Source of the DNA: an uncultured bacterium
GTDB lineage: Bacteria > Omnitrophota > Omnitrophia > Omnitrophales > Aquincolibacteriaceae
Assembly: GCA_964385615.1 (NCBI GenBank)
Contig: CAYLPP010000011.1
Span: 19,508 to 83,507, forward strand
DNA: 64,000 nt
Direction: 5' to 3'
Below the pieces are notes generated by a model that did not search any database, had not been told where the DNA came from, and saw nothing but the letters and a program-made list of their open reading frames with translations. The translations under genes and the position numbers were made by a program. The stretch's first letter is position 1; each line of letters opens with the position of its first letter. This document shows positions 49,727 through 59,105 of this stretch, in pieces.

Positions 49727-51111
49727 GCCTTAACCCCTAGATAATCCCGAACCAGTCTTTTGGAAAGATCCAGAGCCCGGCGAACGCACTGATCAGCATC
49801 CATGTAATGAAATTCTCCGCCCCGTCCCAACGTTGAAAAACCCGGAATATCCTCGACCACTTTTAAAACCCGGCGCAGGTGTGTTTCGTACCCCTTACGA
49901 TAAACCGGATACGCGTGGGCTGCTTTAACCAGAAAAAGACGGGAGACTTCTTCCCTCTTCAGAGAAATGTCCTTCTCCAGACCGGGAAGGCATTGTTCAA
50001 AAAGGTCCTCCTTACAGGCATTCCAGATTTCGGAACCGTAACGGCAAGGGATTTCCACTGCCAGGATATTTTCTCCGGCAGGACTTAGGGCCGGGCTGAA
50101 TTTATTAAATTCCGTGATCCGGTTGTAAGGGCGGCCGAGCGTGTAGATATAATCCGCGCTCAGTACATTCTGACGGCGCAGAGCCATACCCAGCATTAAA
50201 AAAGGTCTGAATTCCAGCTTTTCCGCTGAAGACAAGACTTCAGGAGGCAATGAGGGACGAATCATGCCGGCAAAAATAGAAATCGGCAGGGTTGAAATCA
50301 CATGATCCGCTTCAGCTTCATGCCTTTCAGAACCTTTTAAATAAACAACCCGGGATGTGCCGTCAGAATGCCGGTTTAAAGATTCCACCCGGCAGGAAAA
50401 ATGAATCTCTCCTCCCGCGGAGGAAAACCGCTCCGCAATCTTTTCCGAGATTTCACCGTACCCTTTTTTAGGATAGTAAGTAGGGAGTTTCTCACGGTCA
50501 ATCTGACTGGAGGCGCCTTTCGTCCGCGTTTTCCTCAAAATGGACTGTAACGCGTTGGCGAAACTCAGCTGGGTGTGAGTTGGAATCGCCCGGGCCGAAA
50601 GTTCAGCGCATGGAATCTGCCAAAATTGCTCGGTGTAAGGTTTGAAGAAGCTTTCGTAGAGATGCCTTCCGAAACAGGCCGGAACCCAGTCTTCGACACT
50701 CAAATCCTCCTGCCTGCCGGACGGCAGCGGCTTAGGAGAAATTTTTGCTTTCAATAAATCGAGGAGAACCGCGGTGGAGAATGGCAATCCCATTTGGGAT
50801 AAAACGGAAACCGCGGTGAAGGGATAATCCAACCACCTTCCCTGGAAGTGAAGTTTAACCCGTCGGGACTTGGCCTCCAGGCTTTCCTGAGGACCAAAAA
50901 GGCTTAAAACCATTTCACGCACTTCAGAATCTTCGGTGAAAAATGAATGAGGCCCGATATCCAGAGAGTAACCATCCTGACGAAACGTACCCGCTAAACC
51001 TCCGGCGGACGGAGCGCTTTCAAAAATCCGGACATTCATACCCGCTTCAGCCAGCTTCCAGCCGAGTGTCAGACCAGAAACACCCGCGCCGATAATGACG
51101 ACTTTCGGACT
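49723..51111 (-). CDS. FAD/NAD(P)-binding oxidoreductase (amine-oxidase / phytoene-desaturase / UDP-galactopyranose-mutase superfamily)
   Basis: Dinucleotide-binding motif KVVIIGAGVSGLTLGWKLAEAGMNVRIFE at the chosen start (MHSPK, 51111). The ORF-track start at 51327 adds 72 aa with no domain. Confidence 0.65.
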   Translation of the reverse strand, partial: SPKVVIIGAGVSGLTLGWKLAEAGMNVRIFESAPSAGGLAGTFRQDGYSLDIGPHSFFTEDSEVREMVLSLFGPQESLEAKSRRVKLHFQGRWLDYPFTAVSVLSQMGLPFSTAVLLDLLKAKISPKPLPSGRQEDLSVEDWVPACFGRHLYESFFKPYTEQFWQIPCAELSARAIPTHTQLSFANALQSILRKTRTKGASSQIDREKLPTYYPKKGYGEISEKIAERFSSAGGEIHFSCRVESLNRHSDGTSRVVYLKGSERHEAEADHVISTLPISIFAGMIRPSLPPEVLSSAEKLEFRPFLMLGMALRRQNVLSADYIYTLGRPYNRITEFNKFSPALSPAGENILAVEIPCRYGSEIWNACKEDLFEQCLPGLEKDISLKREEVSRLFLVKAAHAYPVYRKGYETHLRRVLKVVEDIPGFSTLGRGGEFHYMDADQCVRRALDLSKRLVRDYLGVKA

Positions 51112-51439
51112 ATGCATACCCGATTTTAGATGATTAACTCTAAAAAACAAAGCAGGAATCAGAATACGGAAGGAAGCGGGCTTTTGATTTAATCTTACAG
51201 AAATGGCTGCCCGACCGCCACTCCCAGACGACCTACTTTCAGCATTGAGATACCAATTCTGCTGTATCGCATTCGTAAGGGTGAATGGAAGATTAAGAGC
51301 GCCGGAAGCGAAGATCAAGCGAAACAATACAAAGAACGTAAGATTGTGTCAAAAACTGTCCGAGCGCCCTATCCCTCATGGCAGGAGGAAATGCTACCAA
51401 AAAGGATTCCCTGAGTCCAAACTTTTAAAATTAAACCCG

Positions 51440-51468
51440 AAGTGTAGAGGCGAAGGGTCTACACTTGC
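51440..51468 (-). terminator. Putative intrinsic terminator (perfect 9-bp stem AAGTGTAGA/TCTACACTT, 9-nt loop, U-rich tail on the minus-strand transcript)
   Basis: Seen directly in the sequence ~45 nt downstream of the yhcG-like stop on the minus strand. It coincides with the shift to AT-richer DNA. Confidence 0.4.
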
Positions 51469-51513
51469 TCCTTCATTAAATACTTTTCGCAATGATAAAG
51501 GGCATGAATAAAC

Positions 51514-52659
51514 TTACTCTCGTTTAGAATGTTCTAATCGTTGCTGTGTCCGTTTAAGTTCTTCAGCTAATTTATGTTCATCGGGTAGTGCTGTCCGATA
51601 CTCAGCCGCAAGGATCTTGTTAGGCAATCCTGCCAAAGCATATTTTGCGACTGCTTCGTTTTTCTCTGCGCAAAGAATCAAACCTACGGGCGGATTTTCT
51701 TCTGGGTGAGCCCAATGTTCACGTGCGTAATTCAAATAGAGATGCATCTGCCCAGCATCGGCATGCGTGAATTTACCCATCTTCAAGTCGATCAGAACAA
51801 GACACCGCAAAACCCGATGGTAGAATACAAGATCAACGCGATACCATTCATTTCCAACACGAAGCCGTTTCTGCCGGGCCACGAAAGTAAAATCTCCGCC
51901 AAGCTCCAGAAGAAAAGTTTCGAGATGCCGAATCAAAGCTTCTTCCAAATCGCTTTCCGAATATTCATCTTTAAGATCCAGAAACTCCAAAACATAAGGA
52001 TCTTTAATTTCTTCTTCCGCTGTCATCCGATCCGTGGCCTTCTTGACGGCACCCTTTTTAAGCATGGCAGCTTTATCACGTGAAAGAGCCACACGCTCAT
52101 AAAATTGAGACCCGATTTGACGGTCAAGCTGACGAACTGACCATCCACCGCGCAATGCTTCTGCCTCATAAAATTTACGAGCATGTTCACTTTTTACAGA
52201 AAGCAACCGAGCATAATGGGACCAGGAAAGAGGAAAACCGTTAGCTAAAGCTTCCACGTCGAATTTCCTCGACACTGTCGAGGATTTCTTGGATGTCAGA
52301 CTTAATTCCCTCGACATCGTTGAGGGAATTGAAGCATTCCGGTGCTGCAAGTAAAAGATACGAAAACGTTCTAAATTAGGCACCGCAAACCCACGGCCGA
52401 TTTTTCGCGTGAGATCCTGAGACAAACGCTTTAACAGTTCTTCCCCATATTCAGCTCTAGCTTTTCCGCCCTGATCATATTCCACAATCCGGCGACCGAC
52501 TTCCCAATAAGTAGCTGTCAATATGGCGTTAACAGCTCTCGCAGCCTGGCTCCGAGCTTGATGAAGAAGGCTCTGAATCCCAGAGACAAAGCTAGCATAG
52601 TTTTGATCTTTTGAAATTGCAGGGTCTAATTTCTTCATAGAATTTTCTAATTTTAACAT
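51514..52659 (-). CDS. YhcG/DUF1016-family protein with C-terminal PD-(D/E)XK nuclease-like domain
   Basis: 381 aa. N-terminal DUF1016 helical region (YWEVGRRIVEYDQGG..AEYGE.LLK.LS.DL). C-terminal ...VDLVFYHRVLRCLVLIDLKMGKFTHADAGQMHLYLNY block typical of the YhcG nuclease-like core. Confidence 0.7.
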   Translation of the reverse strand: MLKLENSMKKLDPAISKDQNYASFVSGIQSLLHQARSQAARAVNAILTATYWEVGRRIVEYDQGGKARAEYGEELLKRLSQDLTRKIGRGFAVPNLERFRIFYLQHRNASIPSTMSRELSLTSKKSSTVSRKFDVEALANGFPLSWSHYARLLSVKSEHARKFYEAEALRGGWSVRQLDRQIGSQFYERVALSRDKAAMLKKGAVKKATDRMTAEEEIKDPYVLEFLDLKDEYSESDLEEALIRHLETFLLELGGDFTFVARQKRLRVGNEWYRVDLVFYHRVLRCLVLIDLKMGKFTHADAGQMHLYLNYAREHWAHPEENPPVGLILCAEKNEAVAKYALAGLPNKILAAEYRTALPDEHKLAEELKRTQQRLEHSKRE

Positions 52660-52721
52660 AATTCCTCCGAGGCTACTTTGGATTTTTCTTAGTTAAGAAC
52701 TCGCACAAGTAGTGCGAGTTT

Positions 52722-54419
52722 TCATGTCCCGTCCTCACGCGGTTTCAAGTCTTCGATAATGTCCAACGCGCTTACATCATAATCGGGCAATACGCCTTTG
52801 CTCCCTGTTGCAAGTTTCCGAAGATTAAGCATATCTGCCGGTTTAAACCGCCGCTGATACGGCTCGTATTCCATTGCCCCTTTTGTCCAAGGCGGAATAT
52901 GGAACCAAGAAAAGTTTGCCTCATAGGGGTAATCACCAAAACGGAAAAGACCCAAAGCCTCCTGCGGCCGAAGTTCATTAGCCACTAATTCGGCAGCGCG
53001 GAATGCCTCTTCATTGATAATCAATTGGAAATCATTACTGTTTTTCAATTGCTCCATTTCCTTTTTAACTTCTTTCATAAAGGGAGATCGCCGCCGAAGT
53101 ACCTTTTCGCTCGCAGAGCTGGAAAGACAAATGACGTTCCATCGAGAAGGCGTGTAGGAATAACACGGCTGCGCTGAAAAAACTCGCAGCACAGAGTTTA
53201 CGTTAAAATCATCAAGGGAATACTTGTCTGCCCACCTCTCCGGATAGAGCAAATAAATAAAAGGGCTGCTTGAACGGCCATAGCTACAAATTTCTTTCTT
53301 CAAATGCCAGAGCAAAAAATCCGTCAAAGGATTTTTCTTAGGCTCAAGTTCCAAATAAAGATGTTTTTTAGACTTCAGGATATCCGGAAGATTCAGAGGA
53401 AAAGCGCTTACAAAGAGCTCTTGATCCAGTCTCAGATTTTTACCAAAACTGATTAATTTTAATTTGAGGGCCCGGCGGTGTTTCGCTAAGGATTCAAACT
53501 CCCGAATATACCTATGAATAAACCTGCTCTCATGAATCGAGAAGGCTATATTTTTCTTTTCCAGAAGTGCAACCAAATCATCGATCCCGAATGGTTTACC
53601 TAAACTCTTTAAAGACTGGATAAGCCATCCTAATATCACTCCTTCTTTACTGAAATCTCGAAGCTCTAACCAAGATTCCAAAAAACGGACAATATCATTT
53701 TCATCCGTTCCCCAAAACGGGGAATAACTGGCTGAGAGAGCTTTATTGTTAGAGGAGTAATAGAAAAAAGAACGAATTTCCTCTTGCTTTCGTTCCCTTA
53801 AAACCATAGTCACTTCTTCCAGTAAATCTTTTTCTTCATCAGGAGCAAGAATAATAATCGTTTTCCCTCTCTGGGCATCGGCTTCCAGAAAACGCATCAT
53901 AATGTTTCGCATCAACGGACCTTCGCCAATGATTTCCACCGGTAATTCTTCCGCATAGTTTTTAGTCTGCATTGAGTTGCCTGTAATAAGATTTAACCCC
54001 AGGCATTCGGCATCAAAATTTTGATCCATGCTTTGTTTTGCCGTCATCGTTATTCTGCTTTTCTTTTTTATGGCATAAAAAGAAATACCCGAGTAAATCA
54101 ATAAAAGGTGTGCCTCGAACCGGAAAAAGAAAATGAGAATCCCACGCCAGCCGAAGATTTTCAATACCCGATCAACTTCACATATGAGAAATGGCCCATT
54201 GCACGAGGATGAATAGTATGTCCACAAACTAAGAGCCCAATCTGCAAAGAACGGCGTAATAATTATCCCATAATAGACATAACTATTTAACCCCGCTTCA
54301 AATGCCTGATGCGCCACCAAAAATCGAGCGGCTTTGTAAGGCCAAACAAAGAACCACTCGTAAAAAGAAACGCCGATATCCCTGAAAGGACGAAATGACC
54401 CACCTTGGCCGTTGCTCAT
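52722..54419 (-). CDS. Hypothetical protein, N-terminal membrane segments plus a large cytoplasmic domain
   Basis: 565 aa; hydrophobic helices in the first ~120 aa, no canonical Walker A. 4-nt overlap with the upstream wHTH gene (translational coupling). Confidence 0.45.
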   Translation of the reverse strand: MSNGQGGSFRPFRDIGVSFYEWFFVWPYKAARFLVAHQAFEAGLNSYVYYGIIITPFFADWALSLWTYYSSSCNGPFLICEVDRVLKIFGWRGILIFFFRFEAHLLLIYSGISFYAIKKKSRITMTAKQSMDQNFDAECLGLNLITGNSMQTKNYAEELPVEIIGEGPLMRNIMMRFLEADAQRGKTIIILAPDEEKDLLEEVTMVLRERKQEEIRSFFYYSSNNKALSASYSPFWGTDENDIVRFLESWLELRDFSKEGVILGWLIQSLKSLGKPFGIDDLVALLEKKNIAFSIHESRFIHRYIREFESLAKHRRALKLKLISFGKNLRLDQELFVSAFPLNLPDILKSKKHLYLELEPKKNPLTDFLLWHLKKEICSYGRSSSPFIYLLYPERWADKYSLDDFNVNSVLRVFSAQPCYSYTPSRWNVICLSSSASEKVLRRRSPFMKEVKKEMEQLKNSNDFQLIINEEAFRAAELVANELRPQEALGLFRFGDYPYEANFSWFHIPPWTKGAMEYEPYQRRFKPADMLNLRKLATGSKGVLPDYDVSALDIIEDLKPREDGT

Positions 54420-55183
54420 CTTTTGAGTACCGCCTTGATTTTAAATTCCCGTTCCGGGTGGGTAGCCTTAAAAACGGTCTCCGCTTGGAGCTTGATAAAG
54501 TCCTCGTAAAGGGCAAAGCAATAAACCTTACGGCTGTACTCTTCCGTTAATTTCATAATCTTCTCCATTAATGCAAGACTTCCGCAAAGATAAAAAATGT
54601 AATGAGTTTTCGGGTCATCTGCATAGACCTGAAAAATCTTGCGGTAGGTCTCCGACTTCTTGGGGTGTAGCTCCAACTCAACGGCAATCCCTCTTCCGTT
54701 TCTTGTAAAAAAACCGTCCGGAACTTTCCTTTCTCCCTGTGTTCCCATCCTCAGCATTTTTTCGCTTTTCCAGTCTTTGAAAAACCCCAGCGTTTTGAAA
54801 AGGAACATTGCTTCCGCCATCTTAAAATCGTGCTCGTAGGTCGCAAGCTCAATAAAATTTTGTGGTGCCGGTAAACCAGAATTTCCTGCTCCCACCAGAT
54901 AACCCACCCTTCTTAGAGCCTCTACACCTTTGCCCGACAGCAGATAACTTTCAGGCTGCCCCACCAGAATCTGGACACCTTTCAGATAACCGAATTTCTT
55001 TAACTTTCGAAGCCTAACCGCCGCATAGCTTTCATTGCCGTTAAAAATCCATTTAATCGCAAGATCCCTTTTCAAAAATTTTTGTATCAGAATTATCTTA
55101 AACAACAAAAGATCTCTTTCCCCGATTTCAACATATTGCCAATTTTGCTTCTTACCTTTTTTAGTTAGAAGTGTAGATTCCAT
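54416..55183 (-). CDS. Winged-helix DNA-binding protein, replication-relaxation-like family (full length)
   Basis: 255 aa. N-terminal wHTH (GERDLLLFKIILIQKFLKRDLAIKWIF...AAVRLRKLKKFGYL) paralogous to the ORF at 55686-55979. C-terminal VPDGFF...IAVELELHPKK block. Confidence 0.4.
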   Translation of the reverse strand: MESTLLTKKGKKQNWQYVEIGERDLLLFKIILIQKFLKRDLAIKWIFNGNESYAAVRLRKLKKFGYLKGVQILVGQPESYLLSGKGVEALRRVGYLVGAGNSGLPAPQNFIELATYEHDFKMAEAMFLFKTLGFFKDWKSEKMLRMGTQGERKVPDGFFTRNGRGIAVELELHPKKSETYRKIFQVYADDPKTHYIFYLCGSLALMEKIMKLTEEYSRKVYCFALYEDFIKLQAETVFKATHPEREFKIKAVLKR

Positions 55184-55685
55184 TAGTTATCTCTTCTCTT
55201 CTTTCGCGCTATCACAAACTCCACCGAGTGAAGCCACCGAAGACCACCATCTCCTCGTACCATTAAGGGAGAGGGTGGTCTTCGGGAACTGCGGCCAAAA
55301 GCCGCAGTGGCGGAACGAGGTGGGTAAATGAGATAGCGCGAATTTCCATCTTTTCGGTATATACGAGGGCCTCCGCATATACCTTGGCAATGCTTGGACA
55401 TGCGAAACAAACTCAATTTCGACGCTCTTTCCTTTAAAAAATATTTATTTTTTTTAAAAGCAAAAAAATAAAAATTCTTTCTGAGGGGTAGAGTTTGTTT
55501 TGTCATTTTAAGCAGCATCCTTTATTTGACCTGGGCATAAAAGGGCTTCCTCTTTTTGCTTCTTGAGAAGCCCCCGTTTTTCAGCAAGTCTCAGGACTCC
55601 CAAAGCTAGAAGTTCACATGCCTGATCAATTCTTTCTTCTTCGCTGAGATGCGCAAAAACCCGGGAAGCCGGACTTCGGAGATTT

Positions 55686-55979
55686 TCATTTTTTAGATTG
55701 AGCATTGGGCTCTACCCCCGTGGTAGATTTTTTCGCCAATACCTCTTTGGCTTTCTCAGTCAGATAAAGAAGCTTTGGATTTCCATGTTCCAAAAATCCA
55801 GTATCAACAAGTCGCCGAAGACGCTGAAAAGCGGCATGAGCTTTTTGGGATTTCTCATTCCAGAAATGCCTGGAAAGGTCCGCCGAAGTCTTGGCTCCAT
55901 CCGAACGGATCAGCCTAAAAATCTCAAAGTCACGATCATTCAACTGAATGGGGTATTTACCCCGAAAGTTGTCGGTCAT
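55686..55979 (-). CDS. Winged-helix DNA-binding protein, N-terminal-domain-only paralogue of the 54416-55183 product
   Basis: Start at MTDNFRGKYPIQLNDRDFEIFRLIRSDGAKTSADLSRHFW...AFQRLRRLVDTGFL, same wHTH pattern as its neighbour. ~98 aa; could be a standalone regulator or a truncated duplicate. Confidence 0.35.
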   Translation of the reverse strand: MTDNFRGKYPIQLNDRDFEIFRLIRSDGAKTSADLSRHFWNEKSQKAHAAFQRLRRLVDTGFLEHGNPKLLYLTEKAKEVLAKKSTTGVEPNAQSKK

Positions 55980-56804
55980 CGTGTAGTACCTCCTAAAATA
56001 GAAATACCTGCGAATGGACAGAGTCCACCCGTCAGGTTTTTCCCATTTTTTATCTAGGCAGGGAGAGCCTTTCACAAGTGTGGGTGTCCTGTCCCACGGG
56101 ACAGCCGGTTTTGGAACCGGACTACGACTTACCCTCTCTCACACGGACTCTCTGAGAACGCTTTCACGGAAGGAACTCTCTAGCGTTCTGGTAAGGTCTT
56201 TCTAAAATACAGCCTTTAACCGCATCTCCTATGTTTTCTTGAAAGTTCCCAAACAAGAACTTCCAAACGAAACACAGACAAATCACGCGGTGCCAATTTT
56301 GACGGCAATCCGAGTCTAAATATTCAAAGCTTCCAAGTCAGTCGGACATGAAATCTCATATTTATCCCCTCATAGTATGGGGAGATTATGCCCTGCTTGC
56401 TTCTGCTCCAAAATAAATTAGCTTTGATCGCGCTTGCTATTCATTTTCGAATGTTTTTTCAGTCAAATTTTTCAAAACCTGCCGAGCAGGTTAAGTTTTG
56501 ACCCATAAAGTTATTTCTTGAGAGAATAAACTATCAAAATCCGAAAAAGCATTATTCGAGAAAAATTTTGTCAACCATCAGGAGAAGAAGAGCGGAAATT
56601 GGGGCTTGTGGTGAGAAAACTACGACAGGAGAAGCTTCCGTGACACTCCACAAGATTTAGCTTATAGCTAAGAGTTTCGGAATGACTGAATAGAACTTCT
56701 CAAAGAAGTCAAAGCTAAAACAATTTAGTCGCTTACCTCTTCTTCTCTTAAAATTTAACACTCCCAATCATTCTCACTCTTATAGAAAATAGGCGCCGCT
56801 AAAT

Positions 56805-58175
56805 TTATGCGCGAATGCAACTTATCCGATTAACATCAAAATTCTCTCCCAATGAAATCTTATTCTTTACGGTTACTCTGTATTTCTGAGAAAATTCTAT
56901 TAATGAATTGATCCCGGCGGACGAATAAAATATAAGCACAAAGATCACGGGCGTTTCGAGGCGCGTGCTTGTCCAATAAAACAGCGAATAAAGTGCGGCA
57001 AAGTACAAGAGAAGCCCCGTCATCGGAAGATCCTCCCGGAAAAGAAATGACCTTCGTAAAAACATCCCCGCCAGGGCCGTGATTAGAATGAACCCATAAG
57101 CCGCCGCATGAATCATCACCCAATATGTCTGGCGCCAAGGCTGGTTTAAATTATTAGGCACAATGCGGCCTTCTGTGCCATTGATTTCTACATGACCGTC
57201 CGCAAGCGAATAAAAAGGGACCACCCAAGGACAAAAAAAGTAAATTAAATTTTCAATCTTAAGCTGCAAAATACGGCCGGGGTTCTTCTTTACAAAATCC
57301 CAAGCTTTATCTGCAAAAAACCGGTCAATTTCTTTTGGACTTTTGTGCTCATAATCCGGCATTTCCTTTCTTGCCAATTCCTGAGCATAAGGGACCAATA
57401 AATCAAGGTGATATTCCGGCCTGAGCAAATCCGTAAATTCGCAATTGGCTATAAAAAGATTGATTCCCGATCGCGTCGGCAATATGGCCTGATCAACGCG
57501 ATAATTGTGAATCATCATCGGAGTCATGATTATCAAAACAGTACCGGTAAAAAGAAGCCATTGTCTGTAATATTTTTTCACTAGCAGAAACAACGACGCA
57601 ATACCGACAAAAGGAAGCAACATGCTGCGCGTAATTAGGATAAACCCAAAAGCAACTCCAGATAGGAGTGCATATCGCGGATTGGCCGCTTTCCGGATGG
57701 TATAGATCGCCCCGATAAGAAGCGGGACCAAAAGAAACGTGACTCCAATTTTCAAAGACCGCCGGATCGCATACGGATAGAAAGCGTAAAGGACAGAAGC
57801 TATCCAGGCGGTGCGAGGGTTCGAGGTGAAAGATAAAACAAGTTTATAGAAGAGAACATTTCCCAATGAATACACAGCAATCTGAATAAAAAGCACAAAC
57901 CAGTAATTGTCGGCGCTGATAAATCTTAAAAATGCCAAAAGAATAGGATAAAAAGGCTCGACATAGGTGGTCGCCTTTCCATCAAGAGAGAAGCCGGCTC
58001 CGTGGAGGATGGAGGTTGCAATATGCCAGTAAGTTCTTGGCATATCATCAATGATGAGGCCTTTGTATTTCCAGTGAAGAAATAAATAAAAAGCCCTGGG
58101 CAGAAATGCCAATAAAAAGACTTTTAAGAATGTTTTCATTTTCATTCCCGGTTCCAAAGAATTAATTTCTTTCAA
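56805..58175 (-). CDS. PMT_2 / GT39-GT83-like polytopic glycosyltransferase (protein O-mannosyltransferase / ArnT-like)
   Basis: 456 aa with ~10 TM helices, an N-terminal loop with an acidic DD motif (LIIDDMPRTYWH) and an aromatic-rich first periplasmic loop, characteristic of polyprenol-phosphate-sugar-dependent GT-C enzymes. Confidence 0.6.
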   Translation of the reverse strand: MKEINSLEPGMKMKTFLKVFLLAFLPRAFYLFLHWKYKGLIIDDMPRTYWHIATSILHGAGFSLDGKATTYVEPFYPILLAFLRFISADNYWFVLFIQIAVYSLGNVLFYKLVLSFTSNPRTAWIASVLYAFYPYAIRRSLKIGVTFLLVPLLIGAIYTIRKAANPRYALLSGVAFGFILITRSMLLPFVGIASLFLLVKKYYRQWLLFTGTVLIIMTPMMIHNYRVDQAILPTRSGINLFIANCEFTDLLRPEYHLDLLVPYAQELARKEMPDYEHKSPKEIDRFFADKAWDFVKKNPGRILQLKIENLIYFFCPWVVPFYSLADGHVEINGTEGRIVPNNLNQPWRQTYWVMIHAAAYGFILITALAGMFLRRSFLFREDLPMTGLLLYFAALYSLFYWTSTRLETPVIFVLIFYSSAGINSLIEFSQKYRVTVKNKISLGENFDVNRISCIRA

Positions 58176-58539
58176 GAACAGCTCTTAGATCTGTTGTTGT
58201 GAAGGGCTTCATCAAACAATCGACAGCACCTTCTCTAAGCGCAGCATCCAATCGCTCTTGAGACGCATTACCCGTCATGACAATAACCGTAATTTCAGGT
58301 TGAAGTTTTTTAAGTTCCCGAAGCGTATCCAAGCCGTCCATTCCCGGCATTTGCATATCGGTAAAAACACCATCAAAAGTCATTTGCTTAGCCAGTTCAA
58401 CGGCTTTTTCCCCATTTTCTGCCGTATAGATTTCGTGGATCTCCTCAATGATAGTCCGAAGCATTTCGGTTAAGACGCCTCGGACCGCTTCGTCATCATC
58501 CACAATCAATAGCTTTTTAATAGATTGATCGTTTGACAT
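58162..58539 (-). CDS. Single-domain response regulator (CheY-like receiver)
   Basis: KKLLIVDDDEAVRGVL (acidic pocket), phospho-acceptor Asp context GVFTDMQMPGMDG, and T/K residues (VIVMTG...K). 14-nt overlap with the GT gene start. Confidence 0.7.
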   Translation of the reverse strand: MSNDQSIKKLLIVDDDEAVRGVLTEMLRTIIEEIHEIYTAENGEKAVELAKQMTFDGVFTDMQMPGMDGLDTLRELKKLQPEITVIVMTGNASQERLDAALREGAVDCLMKPFTTTDLRAVLERN

Positions 58540-58668
58540 ATCGCACATTTTATCGTTTTTGCACAATTTTAAGGGCGGTATAATCATCGGCTCGGCTTGA
58601 AGGAATCTTAATGGACAGGCCAGTTGGGTGGTGGCAGTTATGTGGTGACATTTCTAGAATTCAACCAC

Positions 58669-58884
58669 ATGGCAAAAGAAATCCGGTTCAAATTTGGCAA
58701 GAAGCTGCGACAGCTGCGGAAAAAGCACAAATGGACTCAAGAGCAGTTGGCGGAATACGCCGATATCGCTTACAAGCATGTGCAAAGACTCGAAGGCAAG
58801 CACCCCTCCCCTGTAAAAATTGATACCGTTGAAAAACTGGCCAAGGCTTTCAAAATTAAGATCTCAAAGCTAATGGATATTTAA
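58669..58884 (+). CDS. XRE-family helix-turn-helix transcriptional regulator
   Basis: FGKKLRQLRKKHKWTQEQLAEYADIAYKHVQRLE is a classic Cro/C1-type HTH. Start placed at MAKEIRF. Divergent from the response-regulator/GT operon. Confidence 0.7.
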   Translation: MAKEIRFKFGKKLRQLRKKHKWTQEQLAEYADIAYKHVQRLEGKHPSPVKIDTVEKLAKAFKIKISKLMDI

Positions 58885-59105
58885 ATTTGAGATTGTCCTG
58901 CGTGGCATGGCTTTTCAAAGTAACAAAAACATTAAACTCTTTCACAATATCCAGTCGTATTGCATTTTCCAAATGACCTATTCCCCTATTCCAAAAAAAA
59001 GAGTCTGCACTCCACAAATTAGCCCCAGTTTTAATACCGTCCGCAAGTTCAATTTCATAGAAGAGCGAAGCCGCCTAGACAAAGCGGCTTCGCTCTTGAC
59101 TAATC

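Noticed and set aside
52722-54419. Possible type IV coupling protein (TraD/VirD4-like) next to a replication-relaxation-like gene
   Set aside because: It has the N-terminal TM plus large cytoplasmic domain layout, but I cannot find a canonical Walker A GxxGxGK[ST] or Walker B. It is left as a hypothetical membrane protein.
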